A stretch of 64,000 nucleotides of DNA from Minisyncoccota bacterium (GCA_035546575.1 DASZWN010000001.1:212875-276874); one strand, 5' to 3'. Shown: positions 37,246-46,278, counted from the stretch's first letter. The notes: generated from the letters alone by a model not told the origin. A program made the numbers and translations.

Positions 37246-37563
37246 ATGTACACACAACACTTGCATGGGGCGGAGCATTTTATCAACGCTTCTGTTTGGG
37301 TGCCGGCGATACTGCTTGCCATAATGCCATTTATCCTCGTATTCGTACTCTGGACTATTGTCTGGAAGGGTCTCGCACTGTGGCATGCGGCGCGGCGCGG
37401 CGAATATTGGTGGTTTATGATCCTGCTTGTCGTGAACACGCTGGGGATCCTCGAGATTATCTATCTCTTCTTTGTCGCAAAAATCGGCTTCAACAACCTG
37501 TTCTCTAAAGACTCGCACGGTCATAGCGAGCACTCTCACGACCATCACGAGCACAATCACTAG
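37246..37563 (+). CDS. Membrane protein with His-rich C-terminus (HGHSEHSHDHHEHNH)
   Basis: Two TM helices, WHAARRGEYWWF motif, histidine-rich tail suggesting metal binding. Confidence 0.5.
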   Translation: MYTQHLHGAEHFINASVWVPAILLAIMPFILVFVLWTIVWKGLALWHAARRGEYWWFMILLVVNTLGILEIIYLFFVAKIGFNNLFSKDSHGHSEHSHDHHEHNH

Positions 37564-37568
37564 TATTT

Positions 37569-38285
37569 ATGGACAGATCGTTTCTGGTTATTATCCTGCC
37601 ATTGCTTATTATCTGTGTAGCGGGAGCAGTATGGTTTTTTGGCTTTAGCGGCGACGGCACTACCACGCAGCCGGTACAGACCACCGATGCCTACAGTACT
37701 ACTACGCCGCCGGACTCCGGGCAGGGTGGCCTTCCGCAGCAACTTTCGCCAGAGGCTATACAACACACGCAGGACATCTCGGGTACTACTAATACACAAC
37801 AACATATGACACAAGCAACACTGCACACCAACAAAGGAGATATCGTGATCCAGTTTGACGCAACAAACGCGCCTAACACGGTTGCCAACTTTATTAAGCT
37901 TGCCTCAAGCGGATTCTACGACGGCACCAAGTTCCACCGCGTCATCAAGGGCTTTATGATCCAGGGCGGCGACCCTCTTTCCAAAGACGACAGCATGATG
38001 GCGCGCTGGGGGACCGGCGGCCCGGGCTACCAGTTTGCCGACGAGATTTCGGCCAACAACCACGACGTGACCGGCACCATTGCGATGGCGAACTCAGGAC
38101 CAAACACCAACGGCTCGCAATTCTTTATCAATGTTGCGGACAACAACTTTCTCGATACTAAGCATACGGTGTTTGGCCACGTGACCATGGGCATGGACGT
38201 GGTACACGCTATAGAAAACACTCAAACCGGAGCGAATGATCGCCCTATAGAGCCCATGGTTATTACGAGTATTGCGCTGCAGTAG
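37569..38285 (+). CDS. ppiB: Cyclophilin-type peptidyl-prolyl cis-trans isomerase with N-terminal TM and low-complexity linker
   Basis: FHRVIKGFMIQGGDP, GTIAMANSGPNTNGSQFFI, HTVFGHV signatures. Confidence 0.85.
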   Translation: MDRSFLVIILPLLIICVAGAVWFFGFSGDGTTTQPVQTTDAYSTTTPPDSGQGGLPQQLSPEAIQHTQDISGTTNTQQHMTQATLHTNKGDIVIQFDATNAPNTVANFIKLASSGFYDGTKFHRVIKGFMIQGGDPLSKDDSMMARWGTGGPGYQFADEISANNHDVTGTIAMANSGPNTNGSQFFINVADNNFLDTKHTVFGHVTMGMDVVHAIENTQTGANDRPIEPMVITSIALQ

Positions 38286-38483
38286 CTACGCAGTCATTGG
38301 GACGACCTGGCGTACATCGTAGAGATCGGTCGGCATAATAGAGTAGCTACGCATGACACGCTCAGCGGTTTGCGGGTGCGCGCGCTTAACGTGGTTCCAC
38401 ATTACTATCTTGTTCATCAGCTCTTTTTGCGTAGAGCCCTGCGCTTGGTAGCTGCACTCGCTGCAATTGAGTATGACGTTCAT
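38286..38483 (-). CDS. DUF1059 family small protein (65 aa)
   Basis: MNVILNCSECSYQAQGSTQKELMNKIVMWNHVKRAHP pattern (Cys pair + conserved His) of DUF1059. Confidence 0.5.
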   Translation of the reverse strand: MNVILNCSECSYQAQGSTQKELMNKIVMWNHVKRAHPQTAERVMRSYSIMPTDLYDVRQVVPMTA

Positions 38484-38578
38484 AATAATTAGTCTAGTTA
38501 TATAAAGTTCTGCACCTACTCAGTATAAAAAAGAGCACCTGACGCCTGTATGAAGCCTACATTTAACCAATAGCCACA

Positions 38579-38917
38579 ATGCGCCGCGGCACCCGAGGTC
38601 ATTACCTGGCTAATAAAGAGGCGGCGCGTGCACTGGTGCACGTGCGGCTAGTCCACTACAACCGGCACTATGGCTACACGCTGCGGAAGGTGTTTATCAA
38701 GAACTTGCGCTCGCGCTGGGGTAGCGCCTCAAGCCGAGGCAACCTCAACTTTAATTACAAAGTAGTACTACTGCCGCCGGCACTCCAAGACTACGTGATA
38801 GTCCACGAGCTGTGCCACCTGGGCGAGTTTAACCACTCACCAAAGTTTTGGGCACTTGTGGCGCAAACCATACCCAACTACAAAAAACTCCGTAAAGCTT
38901 TGAGGGCAGTGCGATAG
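38579..38917 (+). pseudogene. YgjP/DUF45 (WLM-like metal-dependent hydrolase) C-terminal fragment; N-terminal half of the family is absent
   Basis: Contains only the C-terminal motif block WGSASSRGNLNFNYKVVLLPPALQDYVIVHELCHLGEFNHSPKFW (HEXXH-like HELCH); typical members are about 230-250 aa. Confidence 0.4.
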
Positions 38918-38919
38918 TT

Positions 38920-39972
38920 TTAAATTCTAACAATTTTCTCCCAAGGGCGACCCTCGACACCGAAGTGGCCGTACGCTGCGGTTTTTTGGAAGATCGGGCG
39001 GCGCAAGCCGAGGCGCTCGATAATCGCCTTGGGGCGGAAGTCGAAGTTTTTTGTAACGATCTCTGACAAATTTTTACCCTCGCCGTCGAACGCCTCGATC
39101 ATTACCGGTTCAACGCGGCCGATAGCGTAGGCCACGGAGACCAGCGCTTTTTTAGCATAGCCATTTGCCACCAGATTTTTAGCGGCAAAGCGCGCCATGT
39201 ATGCGGCCGAGCGGTCTACCTTTGTTGCGTCTTTGCCGGAAAAGGCCCCGCCGCCATGCGGCATGAGGCCGCCGTAGGTGTCGACCATGATCTTGCGGCC
39301 AGTGAGCCCTGCGTCGGCCTCGAACCCGCCCTGCACAAAGCGCCCGGTCGGGTTAACGAGTATCTCCACGCCAGCTAGGTCTCCCAATACCGGAGCAAAC
39401 AGGTGCTGTCGCAAACCCGCGCGGATTTCCTCGAGGCTAACCTCCTCGGCATGCTGGGTCGAAGTGAGCGCGGTTACTACTTTGCCGTTTTTAATCGTGA
39501 CCTGCGTTTTGCCGTCGGGGCGCAGCCAGGGGAGCGTGTTGGTGATGCGCAGCGTCTCGAGCAGACGCGCGAGCGCATGCGCTGTTACAACTCCTTGCGG
39601 TAAAAACTCTTTTGTCTCGTCGGTTGCGTAGCCGTACATGATGCCTTGGTCACCCGCGCCTCCGGTGTCGACACCTTGCGCAATGTCGCCCGACTGGCGC
39701 GCAACGCGTATCGCGATTTCTAGCGTGTCCGGATAGCCGATGCTCGTGTACACCCGGCGCGCTATCTTTTCAAGATCGATATCGGCGCTTGTCTTTATCT
39801 CGCCCGCAATAAGCATGGCACCATGGCTGCCCACTACCTCGATAGCAACGCGGCTCATCGGGTCCCCAGCGAGTGCGGCGTCTAAAATCGCGTCTGATAT
39901 CTGGTCGCACACTTTGTCTGGGTGTCCCGAGGTGACCGACTCTGTCGTATAGTACTCAAGCAAGTGGAACAT
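38920..39972 (-). CDS. metK: S-adenosylmethionine synthetase
   Basis: MFHLLEYYTTESVTSGHPDKVCDQISD, GAGDQGIMYGYA, DTYGG signatures; start at second Met (39972). Confidence 0.9.
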   Translation of the reverse strand: MFHLLEYYTTESVTSGHPDKVCDQISDAILDAALAGDPMSRVAIEVVGSHGAMLIAGEIKTSADIDLEKIARRVYTSIGYPDTLEIAIRVARQSGDIAQGVDTGGAGDQGIMYGYATDETKEFLPQGVVTAHALARLLETLRITNTLPWLRPDGKTQVTIKNGKVVTALTSTQHAEEVSLEEIRAGLRQHLFAPVLGDLAGVEILVNPTGRFVQGGFEADAGLTGRKIMVDTYGGLMPHGGGAFSGKDATKVDRSAAYMARFAAKNLVANGYAKKALVSVAYAIGRVEPVMIEAFDGEGKNLSEIVTKNFDFRPKAIIERLGLRRPIFQKTAAYGHFGVEGRPWEKIVRI

Positions 39973-40004
39973 AGGGAAAGAAAATAAATAGTAATCGCCC
40001 AAAA

Positions 40005-40140
40005 ACGAGACAATCTCCTGCGCGAGGAGATTCTAGAGAAAAGCATCTGCCCCAGCGGGGTTGGAGGGAGCACCGGGCTTCTTAGGGCTGGTTGCCGGCG
40101 GGTCGCAGAGCCAAATCTCTCGCCGCACTCTTGATACGCA
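40005..40140 (-). promoter_or_regulatory. SAM-I (S-box) riboswitch with terminator expression platform in metK leader
   Basis: Minus-strand RNA reads UAUCAAGAGUGCGGCGAGAGAUUUGGCUCUGCGACCCGCCGGCAACCAGCCCUAAGAAGCCCGGUGCUCCCUCC...GCAGAUGC, matching S-box consensus blocks; followed by AAUCUCCUcgcgcAGGAGAUU + UUUUUGG terminator. Confidence 0.6.
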
Positions 40141-40232
40141 CTATTCGATTGTCTCGGCTACTATAGCATTTGTATAAAAAAGAGAAATCCCCGCGGCACA
40201 TGCGCGTGCCGCGGGGTAATGGGTCTTGGAAC

Positions 40233-40664
40233 CTAGTGATGAACGACGATCACCGTGTCGGCCACCCGCTGCCGCACCAAGTTGTAGAGGATGCCGGCGT
40301 TTTGCGGGTGAAGCCGCACGCAGCCATGGCTGGCCGGCGTGCCGAGAGCAGCGATCTCCTTGGCGCCGACAATGCCGTGGATCGCGATATTACCGTTGAA
40401 GAATATCGCGTGCGGCATCGGTGCGCTGTTGTAGAGCGTGGAGTAGTGATCCGCGTCCATCGACTGGACGTGGTAGACACCCACCGGCGTTACCATGCCC
40501 GCGCGGGCGGTCGAGACCGACCACGAGTACGTGGGCACGCCGTCGACGATCACCTCCATGCGCTCGCTGTGAGCAGCCACCTTGATGTCGATCATCAGTT
40601 CTGCCTTGGCCGGAGCGGCGCAGGCTAAAACAAGGGCCGCAAGGCCCAGAAACAAAGCTTTCAT
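40233..40664 (-). CDS. Secreted L,D-transpeptidase (YkuD domain)
   Basis: Signal peptide; catalytic motif IHGIVGAKEIAALGTPASHGCVRL. Confidence 0.8.
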   Translation of the reverse strand: MKALFLGLAALVLACAAPAKAELMIDIKVAAHSERMEVIVDGVPTYSWSVSTARAGMVTPVGVYHVQSMDADHYSTLYNSAPMPHAIFFNGNIAIHGIVGAKEIAALGTPASHGCVRLHPQNAGILYNLVRQRVADTVIVVHH

Positions 40665-40773
40665 AGAACTTCTCCCCGAAATGCCGCAGATTGCGGCTGG
40701 CCAAACTAAAATATATTATACCCCCAAACAGGTAAAAAGTCAATAATCTATCCACAGCCTGTCGGCGGCGCTT

Positions 40774-41379
40774 TTACCGCAGTATAAAATCCTCGGGCAA
40801 GGTACGGAAGGTGATCGAGTACCTAAGCGTGCGTACCGGTGCCACAGAGTGTTGCCACTTCCACCGCACATCGCGCTGCATACTGTAGGCAGAGCGGGGT
40901 TCGAGTTCCATTGCAACCACTTGGTTTTTGTCGCCAATAGCACTTAAGGGTCTGAAACGCATGCGGCACCAGCCCGCGAGCGAGATACCGATTATCGACT
41001 CGAACTTTTCATTGTCGCGATGCCAGCCTATTGCAGAGCCCTGCGTGTACTCCTGCACAAGCGCCTCTACCACGCGCGCAGGGGAGATGCCGAGCCACTT
41101 TGCTATCTTGCGCTTGGCGGGCTGCAGGAACGTCGGAAGCGGCGGACCCTCTATAAGCCGCTCGCGCTCAAAGTCGTAGCTCCAGCCAAACGCGGCGAGG
41201 CGGCGCTTGGCCTCGTGCTCCTCAAACTTTGGATGCACCATCGGCAAGTTTTGAATATACGCGAGCAGCACCTCCTCTTCGCCGATTGTTAAAAAGTTTG
41301 GCCGGTACACCAGCCCGTTGGGGAGTGAGAGCGGCGTGTCAAAAAGTTTTCCTTGCGCTGCGTTTCGAGTGGGTTGCAT
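40774..41379 (-). CDS. alkB: Alpha-ketoglutarate-dependent dioxygenase AlkB (DNA/RNA alkylation repair)
   Basis: 2OG-Fe(II) oxygenase signature GWHRDNE ... H ... R.S.TFR; start at internal Met (41379), the long upstream extension overlaps lexA region antisense. Confidence 0.75.
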   Translation of the reverse strand: MQPTRNAAQGKLFDTPLSLPNGLVYRPNFLTIGEEEVLLAYIQNLPMVHPKFEEHEAKRRLAAFGWSYDFERERLIEGPPLPTFLQPAKRKIAKWLGISPARVVEALVQEYTQGSAIGWHRDNEKFESIIGISLAGWCRMRFRPLSAIGDKNQVVAMELEPRSAYSMQRDVRWKWQHSVAPVRTLRYSITFRTLPEDFILR

Positions 41380-41452
41380 AAGTTTTTGGTTATCCACATA
41401 TTTGTGTATATTGTGTATTGTACCAAGAAAGTATGTGTTATCATATACATAT

Positions 41453-42118
41453 ATGCAAAATCCACTAACAACTAAACAGCAGCGCGTGTACGCAGAGTTA
41501 AAAAAGAAGATGGACAAGCGCGGCGAGTCCCCAACACTCGACGAGTTGCGCGAAGCGCTCCGCCTTAAGTCGCTGCGCACGGTAGTGCAATATCTCGATG
41601 TACTTGAGCGCAAGGGGTACATCGTCCGTCGCAAGGGCATTAAGCGCAATATCGAGCTGCGCTCAGAAAACTCCGAAGGTGCAACCTCAACGGTGAGTAT
41701 TCCGGTTGTAGCAAATGTGGGCTGCGACGACCTGAGCCTCTTTGCGCAAGAGCAGTATGACGAGTTTTTGGAAGTAGATAAAACAATCGCGCAGCCTGCA
41801 TCAAGCGGCGAGTCCGGTATTGTAGCGGTACGCGCGGTGGGCGACTCGATGCAAGACGCGGGTATCAACCCGGGCGATTACGTGCTGATCCGTTTTACCG
41901 ACGAGGCGCAAAACGGCGACAGGGTAGCAGCTATTGTGGGAGATATGGTTACCGTAAAGCGCTACGAAAAGAAAGACGGCGTGACCATTCTGTACCCAGA
42001 ATCCAGAAATCCTAAATACAAACCGATTGTGCTCAGAGAAGACTTTAAAATTGCGGGCAAGGTATTGTGCGTGATCCCAAACCCGAATGCCGAAATAACC
42101 GAGGTAGTATATGGATAA
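41453..42118 (+). CDS. lexA: LexA repressor
   Basis: N-terminal winged HTH (LTTKQQRVYAELKKKM...SPTLDELREAL), Ala-Gly cleavage region, S24 peptidase Ser/Lys (GDSMQDAGI ... KRY). Confidence 0.85.
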   Translation: MQNPLTTKQQRVYAELKKKMDKRGESPTLDELREALRLKSLRTVVQYLDVLERKGYIVRRKGIKRNIELRSENSEGATSTVSIPVVANVGCDDLSLFAQEQYDEFLEVDKTIAQPASSGESGIVAVRAVGDSMQDAGINPGDYVLIRFTDEAQNGDRVAAIVGDMVTVKRYEKKDGVTILYPESRNPKYKPIVLREDFKIAGKVLCVIPNPNAEITEVVYG

Positions 42119-42572
42119 AGTACGCTATGAGTATAAGTATCAATTTTTAGCAAATCGTATGAATACGAACCAAAAAGACACGATGCCGCACGACGAGGAC
42201 GGCTGGAAGAAAAAGCTCACCCCCGAGCAATATGCGGTCTTGCGCGAAAAGGGTACTGAACCTGCATTCTCGGGCAAGCTCCTGCACGAGGACAAGGACG
42301 GCGTCTATAAATGCGCCGCGTGTGGCAACGCTCTCTTTTCTTCCGATGCCAAGTTCGACTCCGGCACCGGCTGGCCCTCGTTTGACCAAGCGCTCCCAGG
42401 GGCGGTTGAGTTTAAAGCGGACAACTCCTACGGTATGCATCGCACCGAAGTGCTGTGTGCCAATTGCGGCTCGCACTTGGGCCATATATTTGACGACGGC
42501 CCGACAGCAACCGGCAAGCGCTACTGCCTGAATTCCGTCTGTTTAGACCTCGAGACTGAAGATAAGGGGTAA
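42111..42572 (+). CDS. msrB: Peptide-methionine (R)-S-oxide reductase MsrB
   Basis: Two CxxC pairs (CAACGN..., CANCGSHLGHIFDDGP) and GWPSF motif; ATG overlaps lexA stop (operon). Confidence 0.85.
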   Translation: MDKVRYEYKYQFLANRMNTNQKDTMPHDEDGWKKKLTPEQYAVLREKGTEPAFSGKLLHEDKDGVYKCAACGNALFSSDAKFDSGTGWPSFDQALPGAVEFKADNSYGMHRTEVLCANCGSHLGHIFDDGPTATGKRYCLNSVCLDLETEDKG

Positions 42573-42678
42573 TAGAACCGCCAGAGGCCCGTCTTACTGG
42601 TAAGGCGGGTTTTTGCTTGTGTACTTGTGAGGTATACTAGCTCCATACCCAACAGTTAGTAATAAATGCTTCTATAAT

Positions 42679-42987
42679 ATGATGAAATGGCTTATCGGTT
42701 TAGTGCTAGTTGTTGTTGCCGGAGCGGGGCTTTGGTGGAGCGGTTTGCTCAATCAATATCTCCCGACGGCAAAACCTCAGGTTGCACAACAAACTGCAAC
42801 TACGACTCCGCAGCAGCAAACAACCCCAGCTCCAATTAACGATCTTCCAACCCAGACCTCGGATACTTCCGACGCTGCAATGGCGCAGGACACCGCGGCA
42901 GTAGATGCTCAGATGCAAGGGCTCCAAAATGATTCTGCAAGCATTGACCAAAGTTTTAACGATAAGGCGACAGCACAAGAATACTAA
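42679..42987 (+). CDS. Hypothetical secreted Gln/Thr-rich protein
   Basis: Signal/TM then low-complexity Q/T/A-rich region. Confidence 0.4.
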   Translation: MMKWLIGLVLVVVAGAGLWWSGLLNQYLPTAKPQVAQQTATTTPQQQTTPAPINDLPTQTSDTSDAAMAQDTAAVDAQMQGLQNDSASIDQSFNDKATAQEY

Positions 42988-42988
42988 T

Positions 42989-43861
42989 ATGAAAACCTAC
43001 TTCTCACTCCGCTCTCATATTGCAGGCGCACTCGGGCTCTCGCTCCTAGTGCCGGCTTTTGCGCTCGCCCAGATCGACTCCTCGGTTATCAACAATACTG
43101 CGGCAGCAGTAAACGCCGCGGGCTCCGCATCGGCACAAGCAAACACGCCGGTACGCACCAGCGCTCAAGTACAGGTATCTGCATCTACCACGGTAAGCAC
43201 TGCCGTTATGACTCGCGCCAAGACAAAGGCGGATACCGAGATCGATCGTCGCATCAAAGCGCTGGGCGATCTCAATACGCGCGTGCAGGCAATGACCAAG
43301 ATCACTGCTGACTTTAAGACAAACCTCAACACCAATATCCAAAATCAGATATCCGGACTCACTGCGCTTAAGGCAAAGATCGATGCCGATACCGAGGGTA
43401 GCGTGCTTAAGACCGACGTGCAGTCAGTCACCTCGTCGTATCGGATCTTTGCGCTTGTGATGCCGCAGGCGCGCATTGCAGCAGCGGCCGATCGCGAGGC
43501 AACTATCATTAATATGATGGCGGCACTCGGCGCTAAGCTCCAGGCGCGCGTGCAAGCCACACAGGCGGCTGGCGCAGATATAACCGCAGTGAACACGGCG
43601 CTTGTCGACATGGGCAACAAACTGCAGAGCGCACAGACGCACGCACAAGCGGCAGTAAGCGGCAGTGCGACCCTTACTCCTGACAAGGGCGAGAAGACGC
43701 TCATGGCTGCAAACGATGCCGCACTCAAGACTGCTCGCGCTGAGATAAAATCGGCGCAAACCGATCTTGTTGCCGCTCGCAAAGATGTGGATACCATATT
43801 GAAAGGTTTGCGCACGATCAGTGCAGCCGCTGCCGCCTCGAGTACGGTGCAAACACAGTAA
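42989..43861 (+). CDS. Hypothetical secreted Ala-rich coiled protein
   Basis: Signal peptide (MKTYFSLRSHIAGALGLSLLVPAFALAQ); A/Q/T-rich repeats. Confidence 0.5.
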   Translation: MKTYFSLRSHIAGALGLSLLVPAFALAQIDSSVINNTAAAVNAAGSASAQANTPVRTSAQVQVSASTTVSTAVMTRAKTKADTEIDRRIKALGDLNTRVQAMTKITADFKTNLNTNIQNQISGLTALKAKIDADTEGSVLKTDVQSVTSSYRIFALVMPQARIAAAADREATIINMMAALGAKLQARVQATQAAGADITAVNTALVDMGNKLQSAQTHAQAAVSGSATLTPDKGEKTLMAANDAALKTARAEIKSAQTDLVAARKDVDTILKGLRTISAAAAASSTVQTQ

Positions 43862-43868
43862 CCACTAC

Positions 43869-44588
43869 ATGCTTATAGCGATCGCAGTCGTCGCTTTTGT
43901 TTCCACGATGTTAGGCGGACTTTTTGCACTGCGTCTACGCGACCGTCTGCACTTGATACTGGGATTTAGCGCGGGAGCGATCATCGGTGTCGCATTCTTT
44001 GATTTGCTTCCAGAGGCAGTGGAGCTTGGAGGTGCATTGTACGAAGCGTCTGTACTACTTGCGGTCACCGCGCTCGGGTTTTTGATCTATTTGGCACTCG
44101 ATCGTCTAATCCTGCTCCATACGCATGACCACGACGGCGAGGACCATCACGCCGGTCGCGGTATTGTTGGCGCCTCGTCGCTCTCGTTCCACAGCCTGCT
44201 CGACGGCATCGGCATCGGGCTCGCGTTCCAGGTCTCGCCCGCGGTTGGTGTCGTCGTTGCGGCGGCTGTTTTGACCCATGACTTTTCCGACGGGATCAAT
44301 ACCGTCAATATGATCATCAAAAACGGGGGAGAGCGAGCACGAGCGCTCAAATGGCTCCTCGTAGATGCACTGGCTCCTGTCGCGGGCATACTTGCGACGC
44401 TCTTTTTCAGCATCAGCGATGCGCATCTTGGGCTTTTGCTCGCTTTGTTTGCGGGATTTTTTCTCTATATCGGCGCTTCAGACCTTGTTCCGGAGAGCCA
44501 TCACAAGCATCCGACATTTTGGACAACGGCTATGACCGTTGTAGGAGCAGCAGTGCTCTTTACTGCAATCCGCTTAGCCGGTGTATAG
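43869..44588 (+). CDS. ZIP family metal cation transporter (ZupT-like)
   Basis: HDHDGEDHH His-rich loop, HSLLDGIGIG and HDFSDG signature helices. Confidence 0.8.
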   Translation: MLIAIAVVAFVSTMLGGLFALRLRDRLHLILGFSAGAIIGVAFFDLLPEAVELGGALYEASVLLAVTALGFLIYLALDRLILLHTHDHDGEDHHAGRGIVGASSLSFHSLLDGIGIGLAFQVSPAVGVVVAAAVLTHDFSDGINTVNMIIKNGGERARALKWLLVDALAPVAGILATLFFSISDAHLGLLLALFAGFFLYIGASDLVPESHHKHPTFWTTAMTVVGAAVLFTAIRLAGV

Positions 44589-44595
44589 TAGTGTC

Positions 44596-44802
44596 ATGAA
44601 TGAACAGCTTGACCGCATAGAGATGAAGCAGCGCGAGCTCGAAGGCAAGCTCGACGCGGTATTCCAGTCTTCGGAGAAGATGCGTAAATATATGCTCTGG
44701 GGCTTTTGGATTACGGTCGGCGCTATCGCTTTGCCGCTCCTTGTACTGCCGCTTGTATTGCCGGCGTTTCTCTCCTCGCTCACTATTCCGGCTGGTTTTT
44801 AG
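44596..44802 (+). CDS. Small membrane protein with N-terminal coiled segment
   Basis: MNEQLDRIEMKQRELEGKLDAVFQ then two hydrophobic helices. Confidence 0.35.
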   Translation: MNEQLDRIEMKQRELEGKLDAVFQSSEKMRKYMLWGFWITVGAIALPLLVLPLVLPAFLSSLTIPAGF

Positions 44803-44933
44803 TTATCTGTCTCGGCGCCAGCCTCGACGTCTAGGCGGGCCAAGACGGATTGCGCTTTCAGAAAAAGAGGGTAGGATTGGAGCTAGGTCCAGCTCGCTTC
44901 ATTGCCCCTTTATTTACTTATTTCTTGACTGCT

Positions 44934-45590
44934 ATGAACCCAATCAAGCGCTCTTTGGTCGCGTTTCTGTCCGCCACTGCTCTGCTCGCTTCTTTCTTTG
45001 TGCCAGTTCTTGCCTCGGCACAGGTGTACTACAATACCAATTGTTATAACGGGTCAAACAGCTGGTATTGGGGTCAAAACTGCAATACAGGCAGCGTTAC
45101 TATCTACACACAGGTTAATAATCTATACGGATCGCAAAATCGCCAGGCATCTGACTTTACGTTTTATGTATCGGGCGCGATAAATGGCCAGCAGTATGTT
45201 GCAGGTTCGACCAGCGGCAAGTCGGTGTGGGTAAGCGGCACCTACTCGGTTTCTGTATACAACCAAGTGGGCTATACACCTTCATACTCCTCGGGCTGCT
45301 CGGGCACTATCACCAATTACAATCAGAACAACGTCTGCTACGTTACGCTGACGAGCGCGTACAACAATCAGTATCCCAATTACCCATACCAGTATCAGCC
45401 GTATCAGTACCAGTCATATATCTATACGCAACCTGTTACGGTAGTTGCTAAGTATGTTCCGACACTCCCAAACACCGGTTTTGAGCCAATCTCGTCGGCA
45501 CAGATAGCGTTTGCGGCAGTGCTCTTGCTTGCGGCACTCGCACTCATATTCCCTTATGTCAGAAAAGCCCTTGCTTCTATACTCGGCTAA
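44934..45590 (+). CDS. LPXTG-anchored surface protein (Tyr/Asn/Gly-rich, Cys-containing)
   Basis: Signal peptide; C-terminal LPNTG + hydrophobic stretch + RKA tail = sortase sorting signal. Confidence 0.6.
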   Translation: MNPIKRSLVAFLSATALLASFFVPVLASAQVYYNTNCYNGSNSWYWGQNCNTGSVTIYTQVNNLYGSQNRQASDFTFYVSGAINGQQYVAGSTSGKSVWVSGTYSVSVYNQVGYTPSYSSGCSGTITNYNQNNVCYVTLTSAYNNQYPNYPYQYQPYQYQSYIYTQPVTVVAKYVPTLPNTGFEPISSAQIAFAAVLLLAALALIFPYVRKALASILG

Positions 45591-46278
45591 AACGGGAGTG
45601 CTGAGTGACAATACATCAACTCGGCCCTCGCACTGGTGGCGCACTATTGCGCTTGGGCTCGGCGTGCTTGCTATCCTAGTTGGCGCTGCCGATGTGTTTG
45701 CGCGCATCTCTCGCGACGCGTTTGGAGAGAACGCATCATTTATGACGTTTGCTCCCGCTGCGGCTCTTGTGGACCCATCACTCCTTAATAACCCGCAGCC
45801 CGCAACTACGACGCAGACGGTCGCGGTTCCGATTATTCCCGCGCGCATTACTATCCCGGCGCTGGGTGTTGATGCGGGAGTAGAATCTGTTGGCAAAAAA
45901 GTAGATGGCTCGATGGGCACGCCGTCGAAATGGAATACGGTCGCCTGGTATAAGCCGGGCTCGAAGCCAGGAGGGCAGGGAAACGCGGTTTTTGCAGGGC
46001 ATGTAAACAACGCGCTTACGACCGCGGGGGTCTTTGAGCATCTCTCGCAAATTAAGATCGGAAATAGGATAGAAGTGAGCGACGCAGCGGGGCAAAAACT
46101 GGTGTATGAAGTGTCCGAGATCAACCAGTATTCCGTCAACGGAGCCCCAACTGGAGCCATTTTCTCGACCGAGGGTTCATCGCAGATTGTGCTTATAACC
46201 TGCGACGGCAATTGGGACGCCTCGGCGCATGAATTTGATAAGCGGCTGGTGGTGGTTGCACGGCTTCTGCCCCTGTGA
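45556..46278 (+). CDS. Sortase family transpeptidase
   Basis: N-terminal TM, conserved His (AGHV) and TLITC catalytic Cys motif (QIVLITCDG), Arg near C-terminus; adjacent to LPXTG substrate. Confidence 0.75.
   Translation: MSEKPLLLYSAKTGVLSDNTSTRPSHWWRTIALGLGVLAILVGAADVFARISRDAFGENASFMTFAPAAALVDPSLLNNPQPATTTQTVAVPIIPARITIPALGVDAGVESVGKKVDGSMGTPSKWNTVAWYKPGSKPGGQGNAVFAGHVNNALTTAGVFEHLSQIKIGNRIEVSDAAGQKLVYEVSEINQYSVNGAPTGAIFSTEGSSQIVLITCDGNWDASAHEFDKRLVVVARLLPL

Noticed and set aside
40774-41868. Full 364-aa minus ORF containing alkB
   Set aside because: The N-terminal 163 codons overlap lexA and its promoter region antisense and are Ser/Arg-rich junk. The real AlkB starts at the internal Met (41379).
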